From contig CAIOUK010000215.1 in NCBI GenBank assembly GCA_903861445.1, forward strand, positions 393 to 64,392: a stretch of 64,000 nt of DNA, written 5' to 3'. Both the position numbers and the translations under genes were made by a program. The DNA is from an uncultured Verrucomicrobia subdivision 3 bacterium. GTDB taxonomy: Bacteria; Verrucomicrobiota; Verrucomicrobiia; Limisphaerales; UBA11358. The notes below the pieces were generated by a model that searched no databases, was not told the origin of the DNA, and saw only the letters and a program-made list of their open reading frames with translations. Positions 17,318 through 28,076 of this stretch are shown here, one piece after another; position 1 is the first letter of the stretch, and every line of letters starts with the position of its first letter.

Positions 17318-18181
17318 ATGAAGCTAAAAATTGTTTTGATCCTGCTGCTGTCGGCCGGCGGCGGATTCTGGTTTTATCAAAACCGCCCCACCAGTTCAGC
17401 CGCGTCAACGAATCAAAAAACGGAACGCAAAATCCTTTTTTACCAAAGCTCCATGCACCCGTGGATCAAATCGGATAAGCCGGGCAAGTGCCCGATTTGC
17501 GGCATGAATCTCGTGCCGATGTATGAAGGCGATGCGATGGCGACGGGCGATACCAACCTCGTCGCGCTGAATGCCGACAGCGTCAGCGTCATCCATGTGC
17601 AGACAGAAACCGTCCAGCGTCGCGCGGTTACGCACACCATCCACGTCATCGGGCGCATCCAGAAAAATTCCGCAACGGCGGCGTGGTTCGTGTTCGACAT
17701 CTACGAGCGTGATCTGCCGTGGATCCGCACCGGCCAGAAGCTCGACGTGACGCTGCCCGCCGTGCCGGATCGGGTTTATCACGCGCAAATCCGTCAATAC
17801 AGCACCGAGGCATTCGCCGACCGCAATCTGGACGACATGAGCGACAGCACAAAAATCCGTGCGGAGATTTTGAATTCGCCCGTCGTGGTTCCCGGTTTTG
17901 AGGACAAGGCGTATTTCAATAACCTCCACGCCGAATCGCACATCGTCGCGGCCACGCCGGAGGTTTTGGCCGTGCCGCGCAGTGCGGTCATTTCGCGTGG
18001 CACCGGCCCGCTGATTTATTTGGAAAAAAGCCCGGGTTATTACACGCCGAAAGCAATCAGGCTTGGCCGCGTTGGCGACGAATACGCCGAAGTGCTAGCC
18101 GGTCTCGATAATGGCGATCAGGTGGTCATCAACGGAAATTTATTGATTGATGCCGAGGCGCAACTCACTAACGGAAAATAA
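17318..18181 (+). CDS. cusB: efflux RND periplasmic adaptor, CusB-like, with an N-terminal heavy-metal-binding domain
   Basis: ATG 17318 (MKLKIVLILLLSAGGGFWFY). HMBD-type motif YQSSMHPWIKSDKPGKCPICGMNLVP. Beta-barrel/MP-type C-terminal region (GDEYAEVLAGLDNGDQVVINGNLLIDAEAQL). At 287 aa it is short for the family. Confidence 0.8.
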   Translation: MKLKIVLILLLSAGGGFWFYQNRPTSSAASTNQKTERKILFYQSSMHPWIKSDKPGKCPICGMNLVPMYEGDAMATGDTNLVALNADSVSVIHVQTETVQRRAVTHTIHVIGRIQKNSATAAWFVFDIYERDLPWIRTGQKLDVTLPAVPDRVYHAQIRQYSTEAFADRNLDDMSDSTKIRAEILNSPVVVPGFEDKAYFNNLHAESHIVAATPEVLAVPRSAVISRGTGPLIYLEKSPGYYTPKAIRLGRVGDEYAEVLAGLDNGDQVVINGNLLIDAEAQLTNGK

Positions 18182-18185
18182 TTTT

Positions 18186-21100
18186 ATGATCAACCGCATC
18201 ATCAAATGGTCGTTGCGTAACCGCTTCCTTGTCCTCTGCGGCGTGGCGTTGCTTGTTGGTCTTGGCGTGCGCGCGGTTTATCAAACGCCGGTGGACGCGA
18301 TTCCTGACTTGAGCGAAAACCAGGTCGTCGTCTTCGCTGACTGGCCGGGTCGCAGCCCGCAGGAAGTCGAAGACCAAGTCACCTATCCGCTATCGGTGAA
18401 TTTGCAGGGACTTGCCGGCGTGAAAACTGTCCGCGCCAATTCCATGTTTGGCTTCGCGCTCGTCACGATTATTTTTGACGACAAAATTGACAATTATTTC
18501 GCGCGCTCGCGCGTGCTGGAACGGCTGAATTATCTAGGCAGCCAGCTTCCCGCCGGCGTCACGCCGCAACTTGGCCCGGACGCGACCGGCCTCGGCTGGG
18601 TCTATCAATACTACCTCGACGTTGACCCGAAAAAATCTCCGCACGGCGGCTACGACCTCGGCCAGTTGCGCGCCACGCAGGATTGGTTTGTGCGCTATCA
18701 GTTAAATTCCGTTCATGGTGTCGCCGAAATCGCGAGCATCGGCGGCTTCGTGCGGCAATATCAGATTGAAGTTTCCTCGCTGAAAATGCGTGACCGCAAC
18801 GTGTCGCTGCAAACCGTCATGGACGCGGTGAAGCAAAGTAATTTGAACGTCGGTGGCAAAGTGATTGAAGAAAATGGAATGGAATTTGTCGTGCGCGGCA
18901 TCGGCCTCGTGCAGTCGGCAAACGATTTAGAAAACATCGTGCTCCAGCAAAACAGCGGTTTGCCTGTGTATCTAAAGGACATTGCGAATGTGCAAATCGG
19001 CGGCGATTTCCGGCGCGGCGCGCTGGACATTGACGGCCACGAAGCCGTCGGCGGAATCGTCGTTATGCGCACCGGCGAAAACGCCATGCAGGTCATTCGC
19101 GATGTGAAGGCCAAGATCGCGCAGATTTCGCCGAGCCTGCCGCCGGGTGTCAGCATCAAATCTTTTTACGACCGGAGCGAATTGATTTCACGCACGCTCG
19201 ACACGCTCAAGCACGCGCTGACGGAGGAAATCATTTTGGTCACGGCGGTCATCATTATTTTTCTGTTCCACTTTCGCAGCATCCTCATCGTTGCGCTGCC
19301 GCTGCCACTTTCAATTTTGTTCTCGTTCATTTTGATGAACCAGTTCGGTATCACGTCGAACATCATGTCGCTCGCCGGCCTCGCCATCGCCATCGGCGTG
19401 CTGGTGGACGCGGGCATCGTGATGGCCGAAAACGCGATCCGCCACTGCGAAATCGCGGAACGGAAGAAGGGCGCGCGGCTGAACCGGGCGGAATCGCTGC
19501 AAGTCACGCTGGAGGCCGCGCAACAGGTCGGCCGGCCGATTTTCTTTGCGATGGTCATCATCATTCTCGCGTTCGTGCCGGTGTTCGCGCTGAGTGGGCA
19601 GGAGGGAAAATTGTTCCACCCGCTCGCGTTCACCAAAACCTTCGCGATGCTCGGCTCGACGATCCTCGCCATCACGCTGGTGCCGGCGCTGTGCGCGACG
19701 TTCATCCGCGGGCCGTTTCATTCCGAAGATTCCAATCCGCTGATGCGGCTGCTGCTGGCGATTTACAATCCCATTTTGGATTTGGCGCTGCGTTTCAGAA
19801 AGACTGTTCTCAGCTTGGCCTTCATTTGTCTGGTTGTGGCGTTGGCGCTCGCGTTTGGCGTGCCTAAACCTATTGTCGAAAAAATTTCCAGCTTCAACCC
19901 GCAGCTCGCCGCCAAACTGCCGCGCGGCATGGGCAGCGAATTTATGCCGACGCTGAATGAAGGCAGTTTGCTGTTCATGCCGGTGCTGCTGCCGAGCACG
20001 TCGCTGACGGAAGTAAAACGCATTCTGGCGTGGCAGGACGCGGTCATCAAACAGACGCCGGAAGTGGAATCCGTCGGCGGCAAACTCGGCCGCTCGGAAA
20101 CCGCGACCGATCCCGCGCCGGTGGAGATGATCGAAACCACCATCATGCTCAAGCCGGAGGCGCAGTGGCGGCCGGGTATGACGAAGGAAAAACTGATCAC
20201 CGAATTGGAGGAAAAATTGTCGAAACTGCCGGGCTACATCCCGGGATTCTTGCAGCCGATTGAAAACCGCATTTTGATGATCAGCACCGGCATCCGCGCG
20301 CAGGTCGGGATAAAAATTCTCGGCGACAATCTGGACGCGCTGCAAAAGAAGGCGTTCGAGGTCGAGCGCGTGGTGCGCACGATTCCCGGCGCGGTCGGCG
20401 TGGCCGCGTCGCGCACGCAGGGCAAGCCGTATCTCGACATTGAAGCTGACCGCGTGGCGATGGCGCATCACGGTCTGCGCGCGCAGGATATTTTGGACGT
20501 GGTGGAAGCCGGAATCGGCGGCAAAAATGTTTCGATGGCGATTTTCGGACGCGAAAGAATTCCGATTCAAGTGCGCCTTGAGCGCGGCGACCGCGACGAC
20601 ATTGAGCGGCTTGGCGATATTTCGGTTCCCGTTGGCGATGGCAAATTTATTCTGCTCGGACAAGTTGCTAAAATCATGCGCGAGGCAGGGCCAAGTGAAA
20701 TCGCCAGTGAAAACGGGCGTTTGCGCGTGTTCGTGCAGGCGAATGTCGAGGGACGCGACCTTGCGGGCTTTGTGCAGGAAACGCAGTCGCGCATCGCGAA
20801 AGAAGTTTCTTTGCCGCCGGGCATGACAATCGAATGGAGCGGCCAATACGAAAATCAAATCCGCGCGCAGAAGACGTTGCAGATCATCGTGCCGGCGGCG
20901 TTGTTCGTGATTTTCATTTTGCTCTACGTCGTTTATCACAGCGCAAAAGAGGCGGCGCACGTCATTCTCGCGGTGCCGTTCGCGCTCACCGGCGGCGTTT
21001 TTCTGCAATGGTGGCTCGGCTACAATTTCAGCGTGGCGGTTTGGGTCGGCTACATTGCGCTTTTCGGCACAGCCATCCAGACCGGTGTCGTGATGGTCGT

Positions 21101-21434
21101 TTATCTCGACGAGGCAGTGAAAAAGAAAATGGCCGAGCTCGGCGACAAATTTTCCCGAGCCGATTTGATTCAAGCGGTGAAGGACGGCGCACGGCTGCGG
21201 TTGCGCCCGAAAGTCATGACCGTCGCCACCATCGTTGCCGGCCTGCTGCCGATTTTATGGAGTAACCGCACCGGTGCGGAAGTGATGAAGCCGATTGCCG
21301 CGCCCGTCATCGGCGGGATGTTGAGCAGCCTCGTCCACATCCTGATTGTGACGCCGGTGATTTTCTGCTGGCTTCGTGAACATGAAGTGAAAACCCAATG
21401 TCGTGTCAATAGCACCGATATTGTAGCCGCATAA
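18186..21434 (+). CDS. cusA: heavy-metal efflux RND pump, CusA family
   Basis: ATG 18186 lies 4 nt after the cusB stop. 1082 aa with 12 TM segments and two large periplasmic loops. Segments LLFMPV, VEMIETT and ILMISTG line up with the three-methionine Cu(I)/Ag(I) site of E. coli CusA as I recall that sequence. Confidence 0.93.
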   Translation: MINRIIKWSLRNRFLVLCGVALLVGLGVRAVYQTPVDAIPDLSENQVVVFADWPGRSPQEVEDQVTYPLSVNLQGLAGVKTVRANSMFGFALVTIIFDDKIDNYFARSRVLERLNYLGSQLPAGVTPQLGPDATGLGWVYQYYLDVDPKKSPHGGYDLGQLRATQDWFVRYQLNSVHGVAEIASIGGFVRQYQIEVSSLKMRDRNVSLQTVMDAVKQSNLNVGGKVIEENGMEFVVRGIGLVQSANDLENIVLQQNSGLPVYLKDIANVQIGGDFRRGALDIDGHEAVGGIVVMRTGENAMQVIRDVKAKIAQISPSLPPGVSIKSFYDRSELISRTLDTLKHALTEEIILVTAVIIIFLFHFRSILIVALPLPLSILFSFILMNQFGITSNIMSLAGLAIAIGVLVDAGIVMAENAIRHCEIAERKKGARLNRAESLQVTLEAAQQVGRPIFFAMVIIILAFVPVFALSGQEGKLFHPLAFTKTFAMLGSTILAITLVPALCATFIRGPFHSEDSNPLMRLLLAIYNPILDLALRFRKTVLSLAFICLVVALALAFGVPKPIVEKISSFNPQLAAKLPRGMGSEFMPTLNEGSLLFMPVLLPSTSLTEVKRILAWQDAVIKQTPEVESVGGKLGRSETATDPAPVEMIETTIMLKPEAQWRPGMTKEKLITELEEKLSKLPGYIPGFLQPIENRILMISTGIRAQVGIKILGDNLDALQKKAFEVERVVRTIPGAVGVAASRTQGKPYLDIEADRVAMAHHGLRAQDILDVVEAGIGGKNVSMAIFGRERIPIQVRLERGDRDDIERLGDISVPVGDGKFILLGQVAKIMREAGPSEIASENGRLRVFVQANVEGRDLAGFVQETQSRIAKEVSLPPGMTIEWSGQYENQIRAQKTLQIIVPAALFVIFILLYVVYHSAKEAAHVILAVPFALTGGVFLQWWLGYNFSVAVWVGYIALFGTAIQTGVVMVVYLDEAVKKKMAELGDKFSRADLIQAVKDGARLRLRPKVMTVATIVAGLLPILWSNRTGAEVMKPIAAPVIGGMLSSLVHILIVTPVIFCWLREHEVKTQCRVNSTDIVAA

Positions 21435-21891
21435 AAATGACTGAAAATATGAAGTTGGTTGAAAATCAAAAAACACAATTGCTCAATGGGACAAAAAATA
21501 AGTAAGCCCAAAATTCTCCCGCTCATATTTAGCAGGCCAGAGGTTTAGGCAGATTCTCTTGCGTGGCTAACCCCCATTCAGGAACATCGGATGATTGTGA
21601 AAGCGGCAAATTAAGGGGTGCCGCCCGACGGATTGCTGGCGCGTTGAATTTGCCGGTGCGGGTTGTCAAAGCCTTCTTGAACTTGTTGGTGGACATCCAC
21701 AAGGTGGCCAACTTTTTGCAGGCCAGCGATCGGGATATCCATGTGGAATTTGAGAAAATTGGCGACAGGAAGCCTTGTCACCCGACAATTTTTCACCAGT
21801 GCACGGGATTGTCGGTCAGGCTCGCCAATATATTTATCTCAAAATAAATTGAACCTACCAGTCAGGCATGGCACTTTTTACCTAAATCATC

Positions 21892-22425
21892 ATGAAGCAA
21901 AATTCCATGCCTGCGGGAACCGCTCCGGGCCGGAACCATTTTCCACCTTTGAATCCGGTGGAGCGGGAGACGATTCAACTTTTTGTCCAATTGGCCAGAG
22001 TCTTGGGACAAAGACCTTCCTTTGCGGAAATTTATGGGCTGCTTTTTGTTTCCCCGCGGCCTTTGCCACAGGATGATTTCATCAAACGGTTGAACTTGAG
22101 CAAGGGTTCGGCCAGTCAGGGCATCAGCTATCTGTTGGAATTGGGTGCGGTGCGGACGGTGGCGGTGGACGACCGGCGGGTGCATTACGAGGCGGTGGCG
22201 GAACTGCGCAATCTCGCCAGCCGGTTCCTGCGCCAGCAAGTGCTGGCCAATTTTGAGGACAGTGGCGCGCGTCTGGATCGAATCGCCGCCGAGGCCAAAA
22301 AACTTTCCGCTTCGGAGGCCGAATTTGCGCTAAATCGCGTAAAAATGCTCAAGAGCTGGTCTAAAAATACCCGTCGCATATTGCCAGTATTGCTGGCCTT
22401 GCTCGGCAGTCGAAACGGAAAATAA
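21892..22425 (+). CDS. GbsR/MarR-like winged-helix transcriptional regulator
   Basis: SFAEIYGLLFVSPRPLPQDDFIKRLNLSKGSASQGISYLLELGAVRTV...RRVHYEAV matches the GbsR-type (COG1510-like) HTH pattern. Confidence 0.7.
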   Translation: MKQNSMPAGTAPGRNHFPPLNPVERETIQLFVQLARVLGQRPSFAEIYGLLFVSPRPLPQDDFIKRLNLSKGSASQGISYLLELGAVRTVAVDDRRVHYEAVAELRNLASRFLRQQVLANFEDSGARLDRIAAEAKKLSASEAEFALNRVKMLKSWSKNTRRILPVLLALLGSRNGK

Positions 22426-22540
22426 GAGTCGGTGTTCCGACACAGACAATCTGACATACGCCAAGTGGTTTTGGAAAAAAATTTTCCAAACGACCACGGG
22501 CGGCAGCTTGGCTGAACCGGTATCCCGCTTTCACCCAACC

Positions 22541-23872
22541 ATGACCAACCCCGCTCCCATCGCCGTCGTCGGGCTGGGCTATGTCGGGCTGCCTTTGAGT
22601 TTGCAATTCGCCCGCTCCGGCGTGCGAGTGTTGGGCTTGGACATTGATCCCGCCAAGGTGGCCGACCTCAATGCCGGGTGCAGCTACATCAGCCACATTC
22701 CGGCGGCTGAAATTCAGGCGCAGCGCGCGGCGGAACAATTCGAGGCGAGCACGGATTTTTCCCGCGTGCGCGAAACGCAGGCGGTGCTGATCTGCGTGCC
22801 AACGCCGCTGACGAAAAAACGTGAACCCGATTTATCTCACGTCCTCAATACCGCGCGCGCCATCGCGCCGCATCTGCGGCGGGACAAATCGGAAATCGGA
22901 AATCGGAAATCGGAAATTCCTTTGGTTGTGCTCGAATCCACCACCTATCCTGGCACGACCGAAGGCGAATTGCGCCGCGAACTGGAAACCGGCTCCGGGT
23001 TAGTAGCGGGCAAAGATTTTCATCTCGCTTATTCACCGGAACGCGAAGATCCCGGCCAGCCGGAACATCGGCTGGCGGACATTCCGAAAATTGTCGGCGG
23101 CCTCACGCCCGCCTGTCGCGAACGGGCCATAGCGCTTTATCAGCAAGCCATTCGCACGCTGGTGCCGGTTTCCTCGTGCCGCGCCGCCGAAGCCACCAAG
23201 CTGCTCGAAAATGTTTTTCGCAGCGTCAACATCGCCCTCGTCAACGAATTGAAGTCGGTTTACGGCGCGATGGACATTGATATTTGGGAGGTCATCGCCG
23301 CCGCGAAAACCAAGCCGTTTGGCTTCATGCCGTTTTATCCGGGGCCGGGACTCGGCGGTCATTGTCTTCCCATTGATCCGTTTTATCTGGCTTGGAAAGC
23401 GCGTGAATTTGGCCAGCCAACGCGCTTCATCGAACTTGCCGGTGAAATCAACACCGCCATGCCGCAGCAAGTTGTCGGTGTGGCAGTCGCCGCGCTGGCC
23501 GCGCAAAAAAAATCCGTGTCCGGCGCGCGCGTCCTGATTCTTGGTCTGGCTTACAAGGCCGATTTAGACGACGACCGCGAATCACCCGCCTACCGGCTGT
23601 TGGATTTGTTGAGCGAACGCGGCGCGACCGTGGCTTATCACGATCCGTATGTGTCGGTCATTCGCGCCACGCGCGAACATCCGCATCGGGCCGGTCAAGA
23701 ATCAGTGGCGTGGACGCGCGAAAATATTTCCAGCTTTGACGCCGTGGTCGTTGTCACCGCGCATCAGGCGGTCAATTATCAGGAACTCGCCGACTGGTGT
23801 CCGTGTATCGTGGACACGCGGAATGTCATGGCGAAAGTTCACACCCAACCTGGTCAAGTCTGGAAGGCATGA
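22541..23872 (+). CDS. nucleotide-sugar 6-dehydrogenase (UDP-GlcNAc/UDP-ManNAc dehydrogenase family)
   Basis: ATG 22541 (the ORF-track start 22508 is TTG). N-terminal Rossmann motif IAVVGLGYVGLPLSLQFARSG. Catalytic region FYPGPGLGGHCLPIDP. C-terminal UDP-binding domain VLILGLAYKADLDDDRESPA. Contains an in-frame heptamer-derived insert (see repeat 22886-22917). Confidence 0.9.
   Translation: MTNPAPIAVVGLGYVGLPLSLQFARSGVRVLGLDIDPAKVADLNAGCSYISHIPAAEIQAQRAAEQFEASTDFSRVRETQAVLICVPTPLTKKREPDLSHVLNTARAIAPHLRRDKSEIGNRKSEIPLVVLESTTYPGTTEGELRRELETGSGLVAGKDFHLAYSPEREDPGQPEHRLADIPKIVGGLTPACRERAIALYQQAIRTLVPVSSCRAAEATKLLENVFRSVNIALVNELKSVYGAMDIDIWEVIAAAKTKPFGFMPFYPGPGLGGHCLPIDPFYLAWKAREFGQPTRFIELAGEINTAMPQQVVGVAVAALAAQKKSVSGARVLILGLAYKADLDDDRESPAYRLLDLLSERGATVAYHDPYVSVIRATREHPHRAGQESVAWTRENISSFDAVVVVTAHQAVNYQELADWCPCIVDTRNVMAKVHTQPGQVWKA
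22886..22917. repeat. heptanucleotide tandem repeat aaatcgg x4.6 inside the dehydrogenase gene
   Basis: aaatcggaaatcggaaatcggaaatcggaaat. It encodes KSEIGNRKSEI between HLRRD and PLVVLESTTYPGTTE. Confidence 0.95.
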
Positions 23873-23957
23873 CTGGTGGAAAAAGTTGCTCGAATTATTC
23901 CTCTGTTCGCAGGCCAGCAAAGCCATTAGCATAATTTTTAAAGCCTCCATAATTGCC

Positions 23958-25388
<1,431 letters not shown>

Positions 25389-25512
25389 TCCTCGCAATAA
25401 GCTGAAATTCTCAGACCTGAGACCGGAAACGCGACCACTGATTTCCGACATTAAAAACCTCGATTTTGCAGTTTAAGTATTTCAGATTTCATCCTGTTTT
25501 TTTTGATTGTTT

Positions 25513-27942
25513 ATGTTGATTAAACGTTTCCAAATCCTGACCTGCCTCGTCTCAATTGCGGTCGTTGCCCTGCTGGCTTGGCCAACTCATGGCAACGCGG
25601 CGGCGCCAAAGGTCAAAATGCCCAACCCGGATTTCACCAAAGGCGAACCCATCCCGCCGGACGCCAACCATGACTGGAATCTCGGTGCCACCGGCGTGCG
25701 CGGCTGGATGTTCACCGGCCGGACGTTTGCCACCACCGAGGCGCGCCAGATTAAAATCACCAAGGTCGCCAAAGGCTCGCCCGCCGATGGTTTACTCGCG
25801 GTGGGCGACGTAATTCTCGGTGTCGGCGGCAAACCCTTTTCATACGATCCGCGCACGGAGTTTGGTAAGGCGCTCACCGTTGCGGAATCCGAGGCCGCCG
25901 GCGGCAAATTGCGTGTGACCCGCTGGCGGGCCGGTCACACGGAAGAGGTCACCATCAAACTACCGGTGCTCGGCACCTACAGCGCCACCGCGCCGTTTGA
26001 TTGCCCAAAATCGAAACGCATCTTCGAACAAGGCTGTGCGCTGTTGGCCAAACGCGTCGCCGCGCCAACCTATCATCCCGACCCGATCATCCGTTCGTTA
26101 AATGCGCTCGCACTGCTGGCCAGCGGTAAACCGGAATACCTTCCCGTGTTGCGCAAGGAAGCGCAGTGGGCTTCGGGGTTCTCCGCCGAGAGCATGGCCA
26201 CGTGGTATTACGGCTACGTCATGATGTTTCTGGCCGAATACAAAATGGCCACCGGCGATGAATCGGTCATGCCCGGATTGCAGCGGCTGGCGCTGGAGGC
26301 GGCCAAGGGCCAAAGTGCGGTCGGTTCGTGGGGGCACAAATTTGCCCGCCCCGATGGCCGGCTCAATGGCTACGGCATGATGAATTCACCGGGTGAGCCG
26401 TTGACCATCGCCATGGTGATGGCGCGCGCCGCCGGCGTCAACGACCCCAAAGTTGCTCATGCCATCGAAATGAGCGCGCGGCTTTTGAGGTTTTATATTG
26501 GCAAAGGCTGCGTGCCCTACGGCGACCACGCGCCGTGGATGCAGAGTCATGATGACAACGGCAAATGCGGCATGGCCGCCGTGCTGTTCAACTTGTTGGA
26601 TGAACCCGCCGGCGCCGATTTCTTCGCGCACATGAGCCTGTGCTCGTTTGGTCCGGAGCGCGATTGTGGCCACACGGGAAATTATTTCAACATCGTCTGG
26701 GCCATGCCCGGCGTCGCGCTCTCCGGCCCGCAGGCCACGGGCGCGTGGATGAAGGAATTCGGTGAGTGGTATTATGATCTCTCCCGCGAGTGGGATGGCA
26801 GCTTTGCGCATCTGGGGCCGCCGCAGGCAAGCAGAGATAGCTACGGTGGTTGGGACGCCACTGGTGCCACCCTGTTGGCTTATGCCGTGCCGCTGAAAAG
26901 TCTCTGGCTCACCGGCAAGCGCCCCACTCAGGTTCCCCAGCTCAGTGCCAGCGAGGCGGAACAGTTCATCCGCACCGGGCGCGGCTGGTCGCAGGGTGAT
27001 AAATTCAGTTACTACGACAAGTTAAGCGACGACGAATTGATTGCCGATCTCGCCAGTTGGTCGCCCATCGTGCGCGATCGCGCGGGGACTGCGCTGGGTC
27101 GCCGCCAGGAAGCCCCGGTTGCCCGCGTGCTGGCGCTGCTCAATTCTCCGTCCCTCGATGCGCGCCTCGGCGCGTGCCAGGCCATCGTCCAGCTCAAGGA
27201 CCGGGCCGCTGCCGCCGTTCCCGCATTGCGTCAGGCCCTGCATGCGGACGAACTCTGGTTGCGGATCAACGCCGCCGAAGCGCTCGCCGCGATTGGCAAG
27301 CCGGCGATGGTGGCCGTCCCAGATATGCTGGAATTGTTGTCTCAGGTTGACCCGAAACAAGACCCGCGCGGTATGCAGCAGCGCTATTTTACCGGTGCCC
27401 TGTTTGGTGCTCGCAACGGATTGCTGGGACACTCTCTCGAAAATGTGGATCGCAATCAAATCTACGCGGCGGTGCGCGCCGGATTAAAAAACGAAGACGG
27501 CGCTGCTCGGGGCGTCTTTAGCACCGTTTATAAAAACCTTTCCGCAGAGGAGATCAAACCGTTGTTGCCCACCATTCTGCAAGCGGTGGTCGAGTCTGCT
27601 CCCAGCGACGAGATGTTTGCCGATGGCATCCGCCTGGATGGCCTGCGCATTTTGGCCGCCCATCATGTGGCGGAAGGATTGACCGCCGGCGTCAACTATC
27701 TCCGCGACCAAAATCCTTGGGGCAGCGAAAAGCGCACGATTGAATTGACCAAAACCCTGGCCAGTTACGGAGCATCCGCCAAGGTTGTCATTTCCGAACT
27801 CACGCGCATTGCGGATGGCTTTGCGGCCGGCGAACCCAATGCCTCCAAGCAATCGAGCCTCAATAAAGCCGCCACCGTCCGGGCGGCCATCCAAGAAATC
27901 GCCGCCGCCACTGACCACACGAAACTCATCCATATCCAATAA
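25513..27942 (+). CDS. secreted PDZ-like, alpha/alpha-toroid-like and HEAT-repeat protein (paralog 1; resembles DUF6288-type PVC proteins from memory, unverified)
   Basis: Signal peptide MLIKRFQILTCLVSIAVVALLAWPTHGNA. PDZ-like IKITKVAKGSPADGLLAVGDVILGVGGKPF. Central ~350 aa helical-repeat region (SAVGSWGHKF...PYGDHAPWMQSHDDNGKCG...GHTGNYFN). C-terminal HEAT/PBS-lyase-like repeats (DARLGACQAIVQLKDRAAAAVPALRQAL...WLRINAAEALAAIG). Confidence 0.8.
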   Translation: MLIKRFQILTCLVSIAVVALLAWPTHGNAAAPKVKMPNPDFTKGEPIPPDANHDWNLGATGVRGWMFTGRTFATTEARQIKITKVAKGSPADGLLAVGDVILGVGGKPFSYDPRTEFGKALTVAESEAAGGKLRVTRWRAGHTEEVTIKLPVLGTYSATAPFDCPKSKRIFEQGCALLAKRVAAPTYHPDPIIRSLNALALLASGKPEYLPVLRKEAQWASGFSAESMATWYYGYVMMFLAEYKMATGDESVMPGLQRLALEAAKGQSAVGSWGHKFARPDGRLNGYGMMNSPGEPLTIAMVMARAAGVNDPKVAHAIEMSARLLRFYIGKGCVPYGDHAPWMQSHDDNGKCGMAAVLFNLLDEPAGADFFAHMSLCSFGPERDCGHTGNYFNIVWAMPGVALSGPQATGAWMKEFGEWYYDLSREWDGSFAHLGPPQASRDSYGGWDATGATLLAYAVPLKSLWLTGKRPTQVPQLSASEAEQFIRTGRGWSQGDKFSYYDKLSDDELIADLASWSPIVRDRAGTALGRRQEAPVARVLALLNSPSLDARLGACQAIVQLKDRAAAAVPALRQALHADELWLRINAAEALAAIGKPAMVAVPDMLELLSQVDPKQDPRGMQQRYFTGALFGARNGLLGHSLENVDRNQIYAAVRAGLKNEDGAARGVFSTVYKNLSAEEIKPLLPTILQAVVESAPSDEMFADGIRLDGLRILAAHHVAEGLTAGVNYLRDQNPWGSEKRTIELTKTLASYGASAKVVISELTRIADGFAAGEPNASKQSSLNKAATVRAAIQEIAAATDHTKLIHIQ

Positions 27943-28076
27943 CTCCGCCGGACGGCTTTTTCCATAAGGAAGAGCATGAGAGCAATGGGGATGATTTTCA
28001 GGGTTTGCCAATCAGACTACGGATCGCTGACTAATGACTACTGACTTCCGCTTTCAGTCTTTCGTTTTTTAATTTT

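Noticed and set aside
19311-21173. A 620-aa ORF on the minus strand, antisense to cusA
   Set aside because: It is extremely Arg/His/Ala-rich (RRRHDDLQRLLRADL...), has no recognisable motifs, and is fully contained within a well-supported RND pump gene. This is the typical antisense open frame seen in GC-rich DNA.
22886-22917. Heptamer arrays considered as CRISPR or other spacer-containing arrays
   Set aside because: The units are 7 nt with no spacers, the arrays are at most 63 nt long, and no cas genes are present.
27945-27962. GCCG-ga-CGGC followed by ttttt after the first PDZ/HEAT gene, considered as a terminator. Also a 6-bp hairpin at 56930-56947 after the second paralog.
   Set aside because: The first has only a 3-4 bp stem with a 2-5 nt loop. 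The second lacks a U-tract. Neither is convincing.
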